Assembly: GCA_036676985.1 (NCBI GenBank)
Contig: JAKFBU010000047.1
Span: 1 to 64,000 of the forward strand
From: Candidatus Sericytochromatia bacterium
GTDB lineage: Bacteria > Cyanobacteriota > Sericytochromatia > S15B-MN24 > UBA4093
DNA: 64,000 bases
Reading direction: 5' to 3'
Each line of letters opens with the position of its first letter. The stretch's first letter is position 1. The notes beneath the pieces were generated by a model, which was not told the DNA's origin, ran no database searches, and saw only the letters and a list, made by a program, of their open reading frames with translations. This document shows positions 8,509 to 18,051 of the stretch, in pieces. The position numbers were made by a program, and so were the translations under genes.

Positions 8509-10836
8509 CTACGAGGCGGCGTTTCGGACGGTGCGAACGTGCCACTCGTCTCCATCGCTCGAGAAGCTGACGGCCCCGTCTCGATCCGTCCGGTAGATGG
8601 GCCCGAAGGCCCTCAGGCGAGTAAGGGTAGCGGCGGAAGGGTGGCGAAACAGGTTGCGCTCGCCCACCGAGATGACCGAGACGCCGGGTCGAACCGCCTG
8701 CAGAAACTCGGGCACCGAGCCGAAGCGGGAGCCATGGTGGGAGACCTTCAGGACGTCGGCCCGGAGGCGATCGCCCGCCTCCAGGGCCAGCCGTCGCTCC
8801 GCCTCCTGCTCCAGGTCCCCGGCCAGCAGGATCGACGTACGTCCGTACCGGAGCTTCACGACCACCGAGTTGTTGTTGCAGTCCGAGTGCGTTCCGTGCC
8901 AGGGGTGCACGGGCGGCCCGAGGACCTCCAGCCAGACATCGGCCTCCAACCGGGTCGAGGTTCCGGCTTTCACGGACTCGAACGGGATGCGCCGCTCGAG
9001 CAGTGAGCAGAGGAAGGCCCCGTAGAGCGCCCCGTCCTCCGCCTGCCCACCTTCCCAGACGCCGTCGACGGGCATCCCTTTCAAGAGGCTTGTGGCCCCG
9101 CCGAGGTGGTCCGCGTGCGCATGGGTGACGACCAGTCCATGGAGCCGCCGGACCCCTTGCCGCCGCAAGAAGGGGAGGATGACGCGCTCCCCGGCATCGC
9201 CCCCATCCCATGCCGGCCCGCAGTCGATGAGGTACCAGCGTCCACCGGGTGTCTTGAGGACGATGCCGTCGCCTTGCCCCACGCTGAGGACGTGCACCTC
9301 GAGGTCCGGGCGCGGAGCGCGCACGAAGGGCAGGAGGGCGGCGATCGCGAGGATCCCCGCCGCCCGCCATAGGGCCGCACGCCTTACCCACCAGAGCATC
9401 AACCCCAGGCATCCATACATGGCCACGCACTGCCAGCCCTCGAGGGGAGCGAGGTGATGGCTCGCGCCGGGCAGGCGGTTGAGGAGGTCCACGCTGCCCG
9501 TCATGGCGCAAAGCAGCCAGTCCAGCGGCCAGAAAAAGGGGGTCACGCCGACGCCTAGGCCGATCGGGCCCAGGACGAGGGCCAGTACGAGCAGCCCCGC
9601 CCCGGCGATGGTCAGGACCTCGATGGCGAGCATGGCCCCCAGGTTGGCGACCAGGGTCCAGGCGGAGAGCTGCCCGAAGGTCATGAGCTGCAGGGGCGTG
9701 ACCCACAGCGCGGCCGCCAGCGTGCTCGCGATCGTTCGGGCCCAGGTCTCGGGCATGCCCGTAAACCGCTCGGCGAGGATGGGCGTGGTGTGCTGGAGGG
9801 CGAAGGTCGCGAGCACGCTGAACTGGAAGCCCAGGTCGAGGAGCCAGGGCGGATGGTAGACGAGCATGCCCCAGGCCGCGAGCAGGAGGGGCACGAGCGA
9901 TCGCCCGTGCCGTCGTGCCCCCCAGAAGAGGAGCGACAGGCTCGCCATGACGATGGCACGCAGGACGGACGGTGGCAGGCCCGTCATGAGGCCGTAGAAG
10001 GCGATCGCCCCCACGCAGAGCGGGATCGCGAGCCGGCGTCTCAGTCCGAGCGCCAGGCACAGCCCTTGCAGGGCCTCCACGATGATGAGGATCTGGGCCC
10101 CCGAGACCGCGAGCAGGTGCCCCAGCCCCAGGGTGCGAAAGGACTCCGCTGTCTCCTCATCGATCGGCGAGGCGCCACTGCCGAGCAAGAGGCTCCCGAG
10201 CAGGCTCGCGCGATCCGCGGGCAGGTGATGGGAGAGCACGGCCATGCAGCGATCCTTGAGGGCGATCGCCGTCCCCAGGAGCGACCATGACGCTGCCTCC
10301 ACGACCTGGAGGCGCCTGGCCGACAAGGTGGCGTAGATCCCGTCGCGCGCCAGATAGTCCCGGTAGGAGAACTCGCCGGGGTTCATGGCGGGGCTCGGCC
10401 GATTCAGGCTGCCTTCCAGGTGAACGAGGCTGCCATAGCGCGGTCGTTCCGGCCCCTGGTAGCGGGCCATGACGCGTCCGGCCACCGGCTCGCGCCAGGG
10501 AGCCACCAGCGAGCGGACCTCGACCTCGAATCGCCAGCCTCTTGGCGATGGAAGCGGGTCGCTCGCGATGCGGCCGGCGATGACGGCCCAGCGCCTGGGT
10601 GCGAGGCGCGCGATGTCGTCAGGAAGCTCGTGCGGCGTCCGCCAGTGCGCCCAGGCAGCCGACAGCACGCAGCTCGCGAGCCCGAGGCAGGCGAGGCGCC
10701 AGGGCCGGCGAACGTGACCTCGGAGCGTTCCCAGCAAGAGCCCGGCCACCCCGAAGCCGAGGACGAACGGGGAGAGGGGAACGGGCAGCAGGAGGCCGAG
10801 GACCCAGGTCCCGACGAGCCACGGCAGGAGGGGCAC
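8509..10836 (-). CDS. comEC: ComEC/Rec2 DNA uptake channel with metallo-beta-lactamase domain
   Basis: HLLAVSG, GFQFS, SVGQGD, THAHADHLGG and KVSHHGS motifs. Confidence 0.95.
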   Translation of the reverse strand: MPLLPWLVGTWVLGLLLPVPLSPFVLGFGVAGLLLGTLRGHVRRPWRLACLGLASCVLSAAWAHWRTPHELPDDIARLAPRRWAVIAGRIASDPLPSPRGWRFEVEVRSLVAPWREPVAGRVMARYQGPERPRYGSLVHLEGSLNRPSPAMNPGEFSYRDYLARDGIYATLSARRLQVVEAASWSLLGTAIALKDRCMAVLSHHLPADRASLLGSLLLGSGASPIDEETAESFRTLGLGHLLAVSGAQILIIVEALQGLCLALGLRRRLAIPLCVGAIAFYGLMTGLPPSVLRAIVMASLSLLFWGARRHGRSLVPLLLAAWGMLVYHPPWLLDLGFQFSVLATFALQHTTPILAERFTGMPETWARTIASTLAAALWVTPLQLMTFGQLSAWTLVANLGAMLAIEVLTIAGAGLLVLALVLGPIGLGVGVTPFFWPLDWLLCAMTGSVDLLNRLPGASHHLAPLEGWQCVAMYGCLGLMLWWVRRAALWRAAGILAIAALLPFVRAPRPDLEVHVLSVGQGDGIVLKTPGGRWYLIDCGPAWDGGDAGERVILPFLRRQGVRRLHGLVVTHAHADHLGGATSLLKGMPVDGVWEGGQAEDGALYGAFLCSLLERRIPFESVKAGTSTRLEADVWLEVLGPPVHPWHGTHSDCNNNSVVVKLRYGRTSILLAGDLEQEAERRLALEAGDRLRADVLKVSHHGSRFGSVPEFLQAVRPGVSVISVGERNLFRHPSAATLTRLRAFGPIYRTDRDGAVSFSSDGDEWHVRTVRNAAS

Positions 10837-10837
10837 G

Positions 10838-11371
10838 TCACAGCCTCAGGAGCGGTTTGAGACGGCGCAGGCGGGCCTCGCCGATGCCCGCGACCTCGCG
10901 CAGCTCATCGAGGCTCCGGAAGCGGCCCTGCCGCGCCCGGTAGGCGACGATGTCCCCGGCGATGGACGGCCCGATGCCCGGCAAGGCGTCGAGCTGGGCG
11001 GCGGTGGCGGCGTTCAGGCTCAGGGGACCAGAGGCGGTGGCGACCGTGGCCTTGCGAGCTCGTGTCGTGCGGCGGGCCCTTGGAGCCGAGGACTGCGCGG
11101 GGGCCGGCGGCGCGATCCGGGGCACGACCAGGGAGTCCCCGTCGTTGAGTGCACTCGCCAGCGAGAGGCCGTCGAGCTGCGCTCCGGGCAGGATGCCGCC
11201 TGCCGCCTGGATGGCGTCCGCCCGGCGAGCCCCCGGATAGAGCCGGTAAATGCCAGGATGCTTCACCAGACCCTGCACGTGGACCCGGATGGCGCCCTCG
11301 AGGACGACCGTCTGACCCAAGGCGGGAAGCGCGAATGTCCACAAGAGCAGCCACGACAAGAGGACACGCAT
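10838..11371 (-). CDS. comEA: ComEA DNA-binding protein (SLBB + helix-hairpin-helix)
   Basis: VHVQGLVKHPGIY, LNAATAAQLDALPGIGP and VAGIG motifs. Confidence 0.92.
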   Translation of the reverse strand: MRVLLSWLLLWTFALPALGQTVVLEGAIRVHVQGLVKHPGIYRLYPGARRADAIQAAGGILPGAQLDGLSLASALNDGDSLVVPRIAPPAPAQSSAPRARRTTRARKATVATASGPLSLNAATAAQLDALPGIGPSIAGDIVAYRARQGRFRSLDELREVAGIGEARLRRLKPLLRL

Positions 11372-11391
11372 CGATCCACCTCCTGTAGTTC

Positions 11392-11411
11392 AATGACGAT
11401 TATTCGTTATT
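11392..11411. promoter_or_regulatory. Imperfect palindrome upstream of comEA (possible operator)
   Basis: AATGACGA-ttat-TCGTTATT in an AT-rich island, overlapping a minus-strand TATAAT. Confidence 0.35.
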
Positions 11412-11517
11412 ATATCAAACATGCGGACAGGCGGTCGTCGTCCCTTGGCAGGCGGGCAGACATGGTAGAATCGAGAATCTTCCGGATAAGACTGTCTTAA
11501 GAGTAAGGAGAGCCGTC

Positions 11518-11976
11518 ATGGCCGAATCTCTCAGCCTTCGTCGTCAAGTCATCATCAAAGCCATCGTCACCGACAACTTCAAGCAGCAGGCATCGGCCGA
11601 GCTCCAGGCGGCGCTGCAGAACCTCGACATGAACCTCCAGCAGCTGGAGTTCCAGGGCAAGCGCGCGATCGCCGACCTCGAGAAGAAGAGCATCTCCCCC
11701 GCTGGCCCCATGGTCCAGGCCCAGATCGATCAGCTTAAGCAGCAGATCGATGGCGAGCGCAGCCAGCTCATGGCCGCCAAGAACGACATGCTCCAGAAGC
11801 TCAACATGATCGGCCAGCTCGAGGTCAACTCCGAGTTCGTCCAGGCCCAGGTCGACAACTTCGTGGACGTGGCCGTCGGCGACAACCTGTACCTCAAGCT
11901 CTCCTCGCCCGAGGTCATCGTCAAGGACGGCATCGTGGTCGAGATCCGCACCCCGCAGATGGTCGGTCAGGCCTGA
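11518..11976 (+). CDS. ylqD: YlqD family protein
   Basis: Coiled-coil body, C-terminal VGDNL...EVIVKDGIVVEIR; directly upstream of rimM. Confidence 0.85.
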   Translation: MAESLSLRRQVIIKAIVTDNFKQQASAELQAALQNLDMNLQQLEFQGKRAIADLEKKSISPAGPMVQAQIDQLKQQIDGERSQLMAAKNDMLQKLNMIGQLEVNSEFVQAQVDNFVDVAVGDNLYLKLSSPEVIVKDGIVVEIRTPQMVGQA

Positions 11977-12506
11977 TGACCGACGCCGCCGAACGCTACG
12001 TCTCGGTCGGCCGGATCCTCAAGCCCCACGGCGTCCGCGGTGAGGTCAAGGTCGAGCCATTGACCGACGACCCCGAGCGCTTCAAGCGCCTCGACCGCGT
12101 CTTCTGCCTCAAGCCCAATGGCGAGCGCGTCCCCTTGCATGTCGAGGGGGCGCGTTCCGCCGGACCCGAGACCGTACTCGTCAAGTTTCGCGAGTACCAG
12201 GCCCCCGAGCCCGCCAACCTTCTTCGAAACTGCCTGATCCAGATCCCCCGGAGCGAGGCCCCCGCCTTGCCGGAGGGGAAGGTCTACTATGCCGACGTGA
12301 TCGGCATGACGGCCCGCCACGCGGATTCCGCCGAGACCATCGGGACCATCACCGCCATCGTCACGGCGGGCAACGAGCTCTTCGAAATCAAGACGCCCGG
12401 CGGCGAGGAACTGCTCGTGCCCTGGGTGGACGAGTTCGTCACCCGGATCGACAAGTCGGCCCGCGAGGTCTGGATCCGGCCGGTGCCGGGTCTCTTGGAG
12501 CCCTAG
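11976..12506 (+). CDS. rimM: 16S rRNA processing protein RimM
   Basis: VGRILKPHGVRGEVKV motif, PRC barrel, position before trmD. Confidence 0.95.
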   Translation: MTDAAERYVSVGRILKPHGVRGEVKVEPLTDDPERFKRLDRVFCLKPNGERVPLHVEGARSAGPETVLVKFREYQAPEPANLLRNCLIQIPRSEAPALPEGKVYYADVIGMTARHADSAETIGTITAIVTAGNELFEIKTPGGEELLVPWVDEFVTRIDKSAREVWIRPVPGLLEP

Positions 12507-12509
12507 CGC

Positions 12510-13262
12510 GTGCGGATCGACATCCTGACCTTGTTTCCCGGCATGTTCACCGGGCCCATGACCGAGAGCATGATCAAGCGCGCGCAGGAGGCCGGGCACC
12601 TCGAGCTCGGCATCCATGACATGCGCGAGCATGCCACCGACAAGCATCGCATGGCGGATGACCGTCCCTTCGGGGGCGGCGCCGGCATGGTGATCAAGCC
12701 GGAACTCGTCTTTTCGGCGGTGGAGGCGCTGCCGCGCACGCCCGAGACCCGGGTGCTGCTCATGTGCCCCCAGGGCAAGCGCTTCGAGCAGTCGGACGCC
12801 AACGCCCTTGCCCTGGAGAGCCACCTCATCTTCCTGTGCGGCCACTACGAAGGCTTCGACGAGCGGGTGCGCGAGCACCTGGTCACCGACGAGTATTCCA
12901 TCGGGGACTACGTCCTGACCAACGGGGAGCTGCCCGCCATGGTCATGATCGACGCCTTGGCGCGGCTCATCCCGGGCGTGGTCGGCAAAGAGGAGTCCAC
13001 CCGGGAGGATTCCTTCTACACGGGCCTATTGGACTACCCCCACTACACCCGTCCGGTCGACTACCGAGGGTGGGTGGTGCCCGAGATCCTGCGCTCGGGC
13101 AACCATGGCGCCATCCAGCGCTGGCGGCGCGATCAGGCCCTGCTGCGGACCTTCGAGCGCCGGCCGGATCTGCTCGACAAGGCGCCCCTCGACAAGAAGG
13201 ACCTCAAGTTCCTGCGTGAGGAATGCGGCTGGGTGCCCCCTTCGGACCTTCCCCCTGGTTAG
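12510..13262 (+). CDS. trmD: tRNA (guanine37-N1)-methyltransferase
   Basis: [23 protein letters not shown] and [11 protein letters not shown] motifs. Confidence 0.97.
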   Translation: MRIDILTLFPGMFTGPMTESMIKRAQEAGHLELGIHDMREHATDKHRMADDRPFGGGAGMVIKPELVFSAVEALPRTPETRVLLMCPQGKRFEQSDANALALESHLIFLCGHYEGFDERVREHLVTDEYSIGDYVLTNGELPAMVMIDALARLIPGVVGKEESTREDSFYTGLLDYPHYTRPVDYRGWVVPEILRSGNHGAIQRWRRDQALLRTFERRPDLLDKAPLDKKDLKFLREECGWVPPSDLPPG

Positions 13263-13325
13263 CGCCCCACATGGGCCGGGTACGATAATAGCGACCCAGG
13301 CCCCAACCATTTCGCGAGGTGCACC

Positions 13326-13751
13326 TTGTCCAAGCTGAACCGCATCCTGACCAACTTCGTCGTAACCGAGGAAGGGATCTCCGCGATCCAGCGCCTGCTG
13401 GCCGATCTGGTCAAGGACGTGGACGCCGATGCGGCCATGCTCGTCGAGAAGAGCGGTCAGATGATCGCCACCGACGGGGACGTGCAGGGGCTCGACACGC
13501 AGGCGATCGCGAGCCTCGTGAGCGGTGCTTTCGCCTCCACCCGCGCGGTGGCTCGCCTCATCGGCGAGAGCGAGTTCACGGCCATGTTCCAGCAGGGCGA
13601 TACGGCGTCCATCTTCATGTACGCCCTGGGTACCAACGACATCCTGGTCGTCATCTTCAACGACGTGAGCAAGACGGGCCTGGTCAAGGTCCAGGCTCAG
13701 CAGACGGCGCTCGCGCTGTCCGAGCAGCTCATGCAGATGCAGAACCAGTAA
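13326..13751 (+). CDS. Roadblock/LC7 domain protein (MglB-like)
   Basis: Roadblock pattern; ARLIGESEF..MFQQG and GLVKV segments resemble MglB. Confidence 0.8.
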   Translation: MSKLNRILTNFVVTEEGISAIQRLLADLVKDVDADAAMLVEKSGQMIATDGDVQGLDTQAIASLVSGAFASTRAVARLIGESEFTAMFQQGDTASIFMYALGTNDILVVIFNDVSKTGLVKVQAQQTALALSEQLMQMQNQ

Positions 13752-13895
13752 CCTCTCTCGACAGCCCGCTTCTCCCGCCGCTCCGCACCATCCGGCCGTT
13801 GCCGCCTGGTGTGCGGGTCACTGTCTCTTGACCGGCGGTGCTATACTATGGCCATCACTGCTCGGTTTGCAGCTTGATGGAAGGCGGGAAGTGCC

Positions 13896-14771
13896 TTGCA
13901 GCACACGTTGCGCCCGGTGACGACGCCGGCAATCGCTCCATGGACCATCGGTAAGCGCTCCTTCGACTGGGGGACGCGCACCTTCGTCATGGGCATCCTC
14001 AACGTCACGCCCGACTCCTTCTCGGACGGCGGCGCTCACGACCAGTTCGAGCGGGCGATCGCCCACGCCGAGCGCCTCCTCGCAGAGGGCGCCGACATCC
14101 TGGACATCGGCGGGGAAACCACCCGCCCCGGCTCCGAGGGCGTGTCCCTCGAGCTCGAGCTCGCGCGGGTGCTGCCCGTGGTCCGGCACCTGGCGGCCCA
14201 CACTGACGCCGTGCTCTCCATCGACACCAGCAAGCCCGAGGTCGCCGAGGCCGCTCTTGCGGCCGGCGCCCACCTCATCAACGACGTCACGGGGCTCGGA
14301 TCGCCCGAGATGCTGCGCGTGCTCGAACAGGCCGGCGCGCCGGCGGTCGCCATGCACATGCAGGGCACGCCCGCGACCATGCAGGTCGATCCCCGCTACG
14401 ACGACGTGGTCCGCGAGGTGCGAGCCGCGCTCGCGCAGGCCCTTGAGACGGCCCGCGCGGCGGGGGTCGCGCGCGTGATGGTGGACCCGGGCATCGGCTT
14501 CGGCAAGACCCAGGAACACAACCTCGAGCTGATGCGCCACCTCGCGGAGTTCCGGGCCCTCGGGGCCCCGCTGCTCGTGGGCACCTCGCGCAAGGGCTTC
14601 ATCGGCAAGATCCTGGACCTGCCCGTCGACGAGCGGGTCGAGGGTACCATGGCCACCGTGTCGCTCGCCGTCGCGCAGGGGGCGGACGTGGTGCGGGTGC
14701 ACGACGTCAAGGAAGCCGTGCGGACGGTACGCGTGGCGGACGCCGTCGTGCGCGGAGGGCGCCATGGATAA
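13896..14771 (+). CDS. folP: Dihydropteroate synthase
   Basis: MGILNVTPDSFSDGG, DPGIGFGK, SRKGF and VRVHDV motifs. Confidence 0.97.
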   Translation: MQHTLRPVTTPAIAPWTIGKRSFDWGTRTFVMGILNVTPDSFSDGGAHDQFERAIAHAERLLAEGADILDIGGETTRPGSEGVSLELELARVLPVVRHLAAHTDAVLSIDTSKPEVAEAALAAGAHLINDVTGLGSPEMLRVLEQAGAPAVAMHMQGTPATMQVDPRYDDVVREVRAALAQALETARAAGVARVMVDPGIGFGKTQEHNLELMRHLAEFRALGAPLLVGTSRKGFIGKILDLPVDERVEGTMATVSLAVAQGADVVRVHDVKEAVRTVRVADAVVRGGRHG

Positions 14772-15123
14772 GGTGCGGGTAAGCGGCCTGGAGGTCTACG
14801 GCCACCACGGGGTGTTCCCCGAGGAGCGCCAGCTCGGCCAGGTGCTCGTCATCGACCTGGAGGTGGGCTGCGACCTGCGCCCGGCGGGCACCACCGACGA
14901 CATCGCGCAGTCCATCAGCTACGTGGACCTGGTCGGCATCGCGCGCGACGTGGTCCAGCACACGGATTTCCAGTTGCTCGAGGCGATCGCCGAGACGATC
15001 GCCCAGCGGGTGCTCGCCATGGAGCGGGCCCAAACCGTCGTCGTGCGGGTCGAAAAGCCGCGCGCTCCCATTCCGAACCTCACGGGGACGGTCTCCATCG
15101 AGATCGCTCGACAGAAAGGATGA
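14764..15123 (+). CDS. folB: Dihydroneopterin aldolase
   Basis: YGHHGVFPEERQLGQ and LLEAIAE motifs. Confidence 0.95.
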   Translation: MDKVRVSGLEVYGHHGVFPEERQLGQVLVIDLEVGCDLRPAGTTDDIAQSISYVDLVGIARDVVQHTDFQLLEAIAETIAQRVLAMERAQTVVVRVEKPRAPIPNLTGTVSIEIARQKG

Positions 15124-15127
15124 AGAC

Positions 15128-15625
15128 ATGACCACGGTCTACCTAGGGCTCGGGTCCAACGTCGGCGACCGAGTCGACTACATCAGGCGGGCGCTCGACC
15201 TGCTGGAGAAGCACCCCCTCATCCACGTGACGAAGGTGTCCTCGTTCTACGAGACCGAGCCCCTCGAGTATCCCGACCAGGGCTGGTTCGTGAACGCCGC
15301 GGCCGAGATCGACACGGACCTCGCGCCCATGGCCCTCCTGGACGCCCTTCAGGGCATCGAGAAGCAGCTCCAGCGCCAGCGGACCATCCGTTGGGGCCCG
15401 CGCACCATCGACCTGGACGTGCTCCTGTTCGGCGAACAGCTGGTGGCCGAGGCGCGGCTCCAGATCCCGCATATCCGCATGCAGGATCGGGCGTTCGTGC
15501 TGGAGCCCCTGGCGGAGATCGCGCCCGAGGTGACGCACCCCGTCATCGGCAGCACCATCTCGGAGCTGCGGGAGAGCGTGTCGAACCCGACGGAGGTTCG
15601 GAAGCTCGAGCTGCAGGAAAGCTAA
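15128..15625 (+). CDS. folK: 2-amino-4-hydroxy-6-hydroxymethyldihydropteridine diphosphokinase
   Basis: YLGLGSNVGD and RWGPRTIDLDVL motifs. Confidence 0.97.
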   Translation: MTTVYLGLGSNVGDRVDYIRRALDLLEKHPLIHVTKVSSFYETEPLEYPDQGWFVNAAAEIDTDLAPMALLDALQGIEKQLQRQRTIRWGPRTIDLDVLLFGEQLVAEARLQIPHIRMQDRAFVLEPLAEIAPEVTHPVIGSTISELRESVSNPTEVRKLELQES

Positions 15626-15639
15626 GGCGACCATGCAAC

Positions 15640-15666
15640 AGGCCCCGGCACTGCCGGGGCCTTTGT
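15640..15666 (+). terminator. Rho-independent terminator after folK
   Basis: aggccccggc-act-gccggggcct followed by T-rich tail. Confidence 0.75.
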
Positions 15667-15676
15667 GTTGAGTGGG

Positions 15677-16069
15677 CTACGCGAGGGCTTGGTGGCTCGT
15701 CGTGGCGTCCGGGAGGAAGGTCCGCACCGTGGCAAGGAGGTCCCGGCGGGTGAAGGGCTTGGAGAGGTAGCCGTCGCACCCGGCCGAGAGGGCCTCGCGG
15801 CGATCGCTCTCGAAGGCCAAGGCCGTCAGGGCGATGATGGGGATGCGGCTGGTCCGGGCGTCGTTCTTCAGCAGCTTGGTGGCCTCGTGACCGTTGAGCA
15901 CCGGCATCAGGACGTCCATCAGGATGAGGTCCGGCAGCTCCTGCTGGGCCTTTTCGACCGCGTCCTGCCCGTTCTCCGCGAACGTGAGGGCGAAGCCCTG
16001 GCTCAGGAGCATCAGCTCCACGATCTTCCGCGAGTTCGGATCGTCATCGACCACAAGGATACGCTTCAT
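15677..16069 (-). CDS. Single-domain response regulator (DivK/CheY-like)
   Basis: ILVVDD, DLILMD, ALTA and KPF receiver motifs. Confidence 0.92.
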   Translation of the reverse strand: MKRILVVDDDPNSRKIVELMLLSQGFALTFAENGQDAVEKAQQELPDLILMDVLMPVLNGHEATKLLKNDARTSRIPIIALTALAFESDRREALSAGCDGYLSKPFTRRDLLATVRTFLPDATTSHQALA

Positions 16070-16189
16070 GGTCCTGTCCCTTTCTCCTTCCGAACACACG
16101 GCCAGTAGGACGCTCGACGCCTTGTTCACAGCTCAACCTGCTCGATCTCGGTCTGCTCGTTTTAACCCTAACTTGAACCGTTACGTTGA

Positions 16190-16218
16190 AGTATAAGAAT
16201 TATGAACATTCCTGTCAA
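16190..16218 (-). promoter_or_regulatory. Near-consensus sigma70 promoter for the response regulator
   Basis: TTGACA-N17-TATACT on the minus strand. Confidence 0.7.
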
Positions 16219-16444
16219 TAAATTCGCAAACTTTTGTACCGAGCGTAAACGGCCCAACTTGTTGACTTAGCGGTGAGATCACTTGGCAACATAGCGTCTC
16301 ATCGCGCAATCAGCCTCGCGCACGTCCTCCGAACAAGCGAAGAGCCTGCTATCACTTCTGTACCCCGAGTGATACAAAACGTAACATTGTTCTGTCCAGA
16401 ATTGTGAACCTTCGTGTCGCGATCCGGTCGGTCCGCAAGCCGAA

Positions 16445-16473
16445 CGAGCCCCCCGGCGGATGCGAGGGGCTCG
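16445..16473 (-). terminator. Hairpin after fmt
   Basis: cgagcccc...ggggctcg stem. Confidence 0.5.
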
Positions 16474-16520
16474 CTGAGGGCCGTTCGGAGCCGGCTTGGC
16501 GAGGTCGGGTTAATGGGGGT

Positions 16521-17483
16521 TTAGGCTTCGCCGAGGCGGGTGCCCACCTGGAGGATGCGCAGGCCGCGGGCAGCTTCGGCGGCGGCCTGGGGCTTCTTGC
16601 CTGGGATCTGCACCTGGCTCACGAGGAGCGTGCCGGTGCCGCAGGCCACCTCCCAGCCCGCATCGGAGAGGCCGATAACGGTTCCGGGGGCGGCGTCGCC
16701 TGGGGAGCGATCGCCGACGGTCGCCGCGAGGATCTTCATGACCTGCCCCGCGAGGGTCGTGGTGGTGCCGGGCCACGGGTAGAGGCCGCGCACCCGGTCA
16801 TGGAGCGTCTCGGCGCTCTGCGACCAGTCGAGGGTCGCCATCTCCTTCTTGAGCATGGGCGCGTAGCTGGCCGCAGCGTCATCCTGCCGCTCGGGCACGA
16901 GCTCGCCCGCAAACCAGGGCGGCAAGGTGCGCACGAGCAGATCGGCCCCGATCTCCGAGAGCCGGCGGCTGAGCACGTCGGCCGTCTCCTCGGGACCGAT
17001 GGGGGTGGTCGCCTTGAGCAACATGGGGCCTGTGTCGAGGCCCTTCTCCATGAGCATGGTCGTCACGCCCGTCTCTGCGTCCCCGTTGAGGATGGACCAC
17101 TGGATGGGGGCCGCCCCCCGGTACCGCGGCAGCAGGGAGGCATGCACGTTGAGGCACTGGTAGCGCGGCAGGTTCAGGATCTCTTCGGGCAGGATCTGCC
17201 CGTAGGCCACCACGACGATGCAGTCGGGCGCGAGCGATCGCAGGGTCTCCAGCGCCTCGGCGTCACCGCGCAGGCGCTGCGGCTGGTACACCGGCAGGCC
17301 CGCCTCGAGGGCGGCCTGCTTGACCGGGGGCATGGCGATCTCCTTGCCCCGGCCCACCGGCCGATCCGGCTGGGTGAAGACCGCCTTGACCGGGTAGCCC
17401 GCGGCGATGAGGGCCTTGAGCGTGGGGACGGCGAACTCGGGGGTGCCCATGAAGACGATGGAGGGCTGCGTGGCTGGGGTCAT
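16521..17483 (-). CDS. fmt: Methionyl-tRNA formyltransferase
   Basis: IVFMGTPEFA, TQPDRP and NVHASLLPRYRGAAPIQ motifs. Confidence 0.97.
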   Translation of the reverse strand: MTPATQPSIVFMGTPEFAVPTLKALIAAGYPVKAVFTQPDRPVGRGKEIAMPPVKQAALEAGLPVYQPQRLRGDAEALETLRSLAPDCIVVVAYGQILPEEILNLPRYQCLNVHASLLPRYRGAAPIQWSILNGDAETGVTTMLMEKGLDTGPMLLKATTPIGPEETADVLSRRLSEIGADLLVRTLPPWFAGELVPERQDDAAASYAPMLKKEMATLDWSQSAETLHDRVRGLYPWPGTTTTLAGQVMKILAATVGDRSPGDAAPGTVIGLSDAGWEVACGTGTLLVSQVQIPGKKPQAAAEAARGLRILQVGTRLGEA

Positions 17484-17535
17484 GGCGTTCTCCTTTGGGA
17501 CCATGCTACCCGGGAGCGGGCCAGGCCACAAGGAA

Positions 17536-17565
17536 AGGGCCCTCCGCCCGAGACGGAAGGCCCTT
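17536..17565 (-). terminator. Hairpin/terminator after the small ORF pair
   Basis: aagggccctccg...cggaagggccctt inverted repeat. Confidence 0.6.
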
Positions 17566-17579
17566 GTCGAAGGGGATGT

Positions 17580-17774
17580 TTACTTGCGGGCGAGGCCCTT
17601 GATGAGGGTCCGCACGATGGCCATCGGGTTGGGATCCTGGGGATCCGCCTCCGTCAGGGCGTCCTTGGCGGGGCTGTTGACGAAGCGGCGGTCCAGGATG
17701 TCGTCGATCTGGCGCGAGAGGTCGGCGGTGCCGCTGCGGACAAACGTTTCGCGGTTATAAGTCGTGTTCATCAC
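17580..17774 (-). CDS. Small hypothetical protein (64 aa)
   Basis: Host-like codon usage; overlaps the stop codon of the upstream ORF. Confidence 0.6.
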   Translation of the reverse strand: MMNTTYNRETFVRSGTADLSRQIDDILDRRFVNSPAKDALTEADPQDPNPMAIVRTLIKGLARK

Positions 17775-17983
17775 TTTGCTGCAAGCTCCATGGTCTCGTT
17801 ATGCTGCTCGTCCCGGGCCACTTCCACGTGCCGCTTGTACTCCACGAGGGCTCCGCGGCGGTAGGTGTCGCGCTCGGCGGCGATGGCGTTCTCGATTTTG
17901 GTCACGTACTGGCTTAGGCTCAAGGGGTTCCTCGATTCGGGGCAACGCTTCCTGAGGTGAGTATAGGCTCCCTTAAGCGGCAA
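17771..17983 (-). CDS. Small hypothetical helical protein (up to 70 aa)
   Basis: AAGGAGG SD before TTG 17983; coupled to the downstream ORF; start uncertain. Confidence 0.55.
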   Translation of the reverse strand: MPLKGAYTHLRKRCPESRNPLSLSQYVTKIENAIAAERDTYRRGALVEYKRHVEVARDEQHNETMELAAK

Positions 17984-18051
17984 CTTGCCTCCTTTTCACA
18001 TTAGTTTAACAACCAGTGGCGCCCAGCGGGCCGCATGGGTATCATGGAGGG

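Noticed and set aside
16220-16420. AT-rich intergenic stretch as a possible sRNA or origin
   Set aside because: No recognisable RNA motif or DnaA-box cluster; best explained as the upstream regulatory region of the response regulator.
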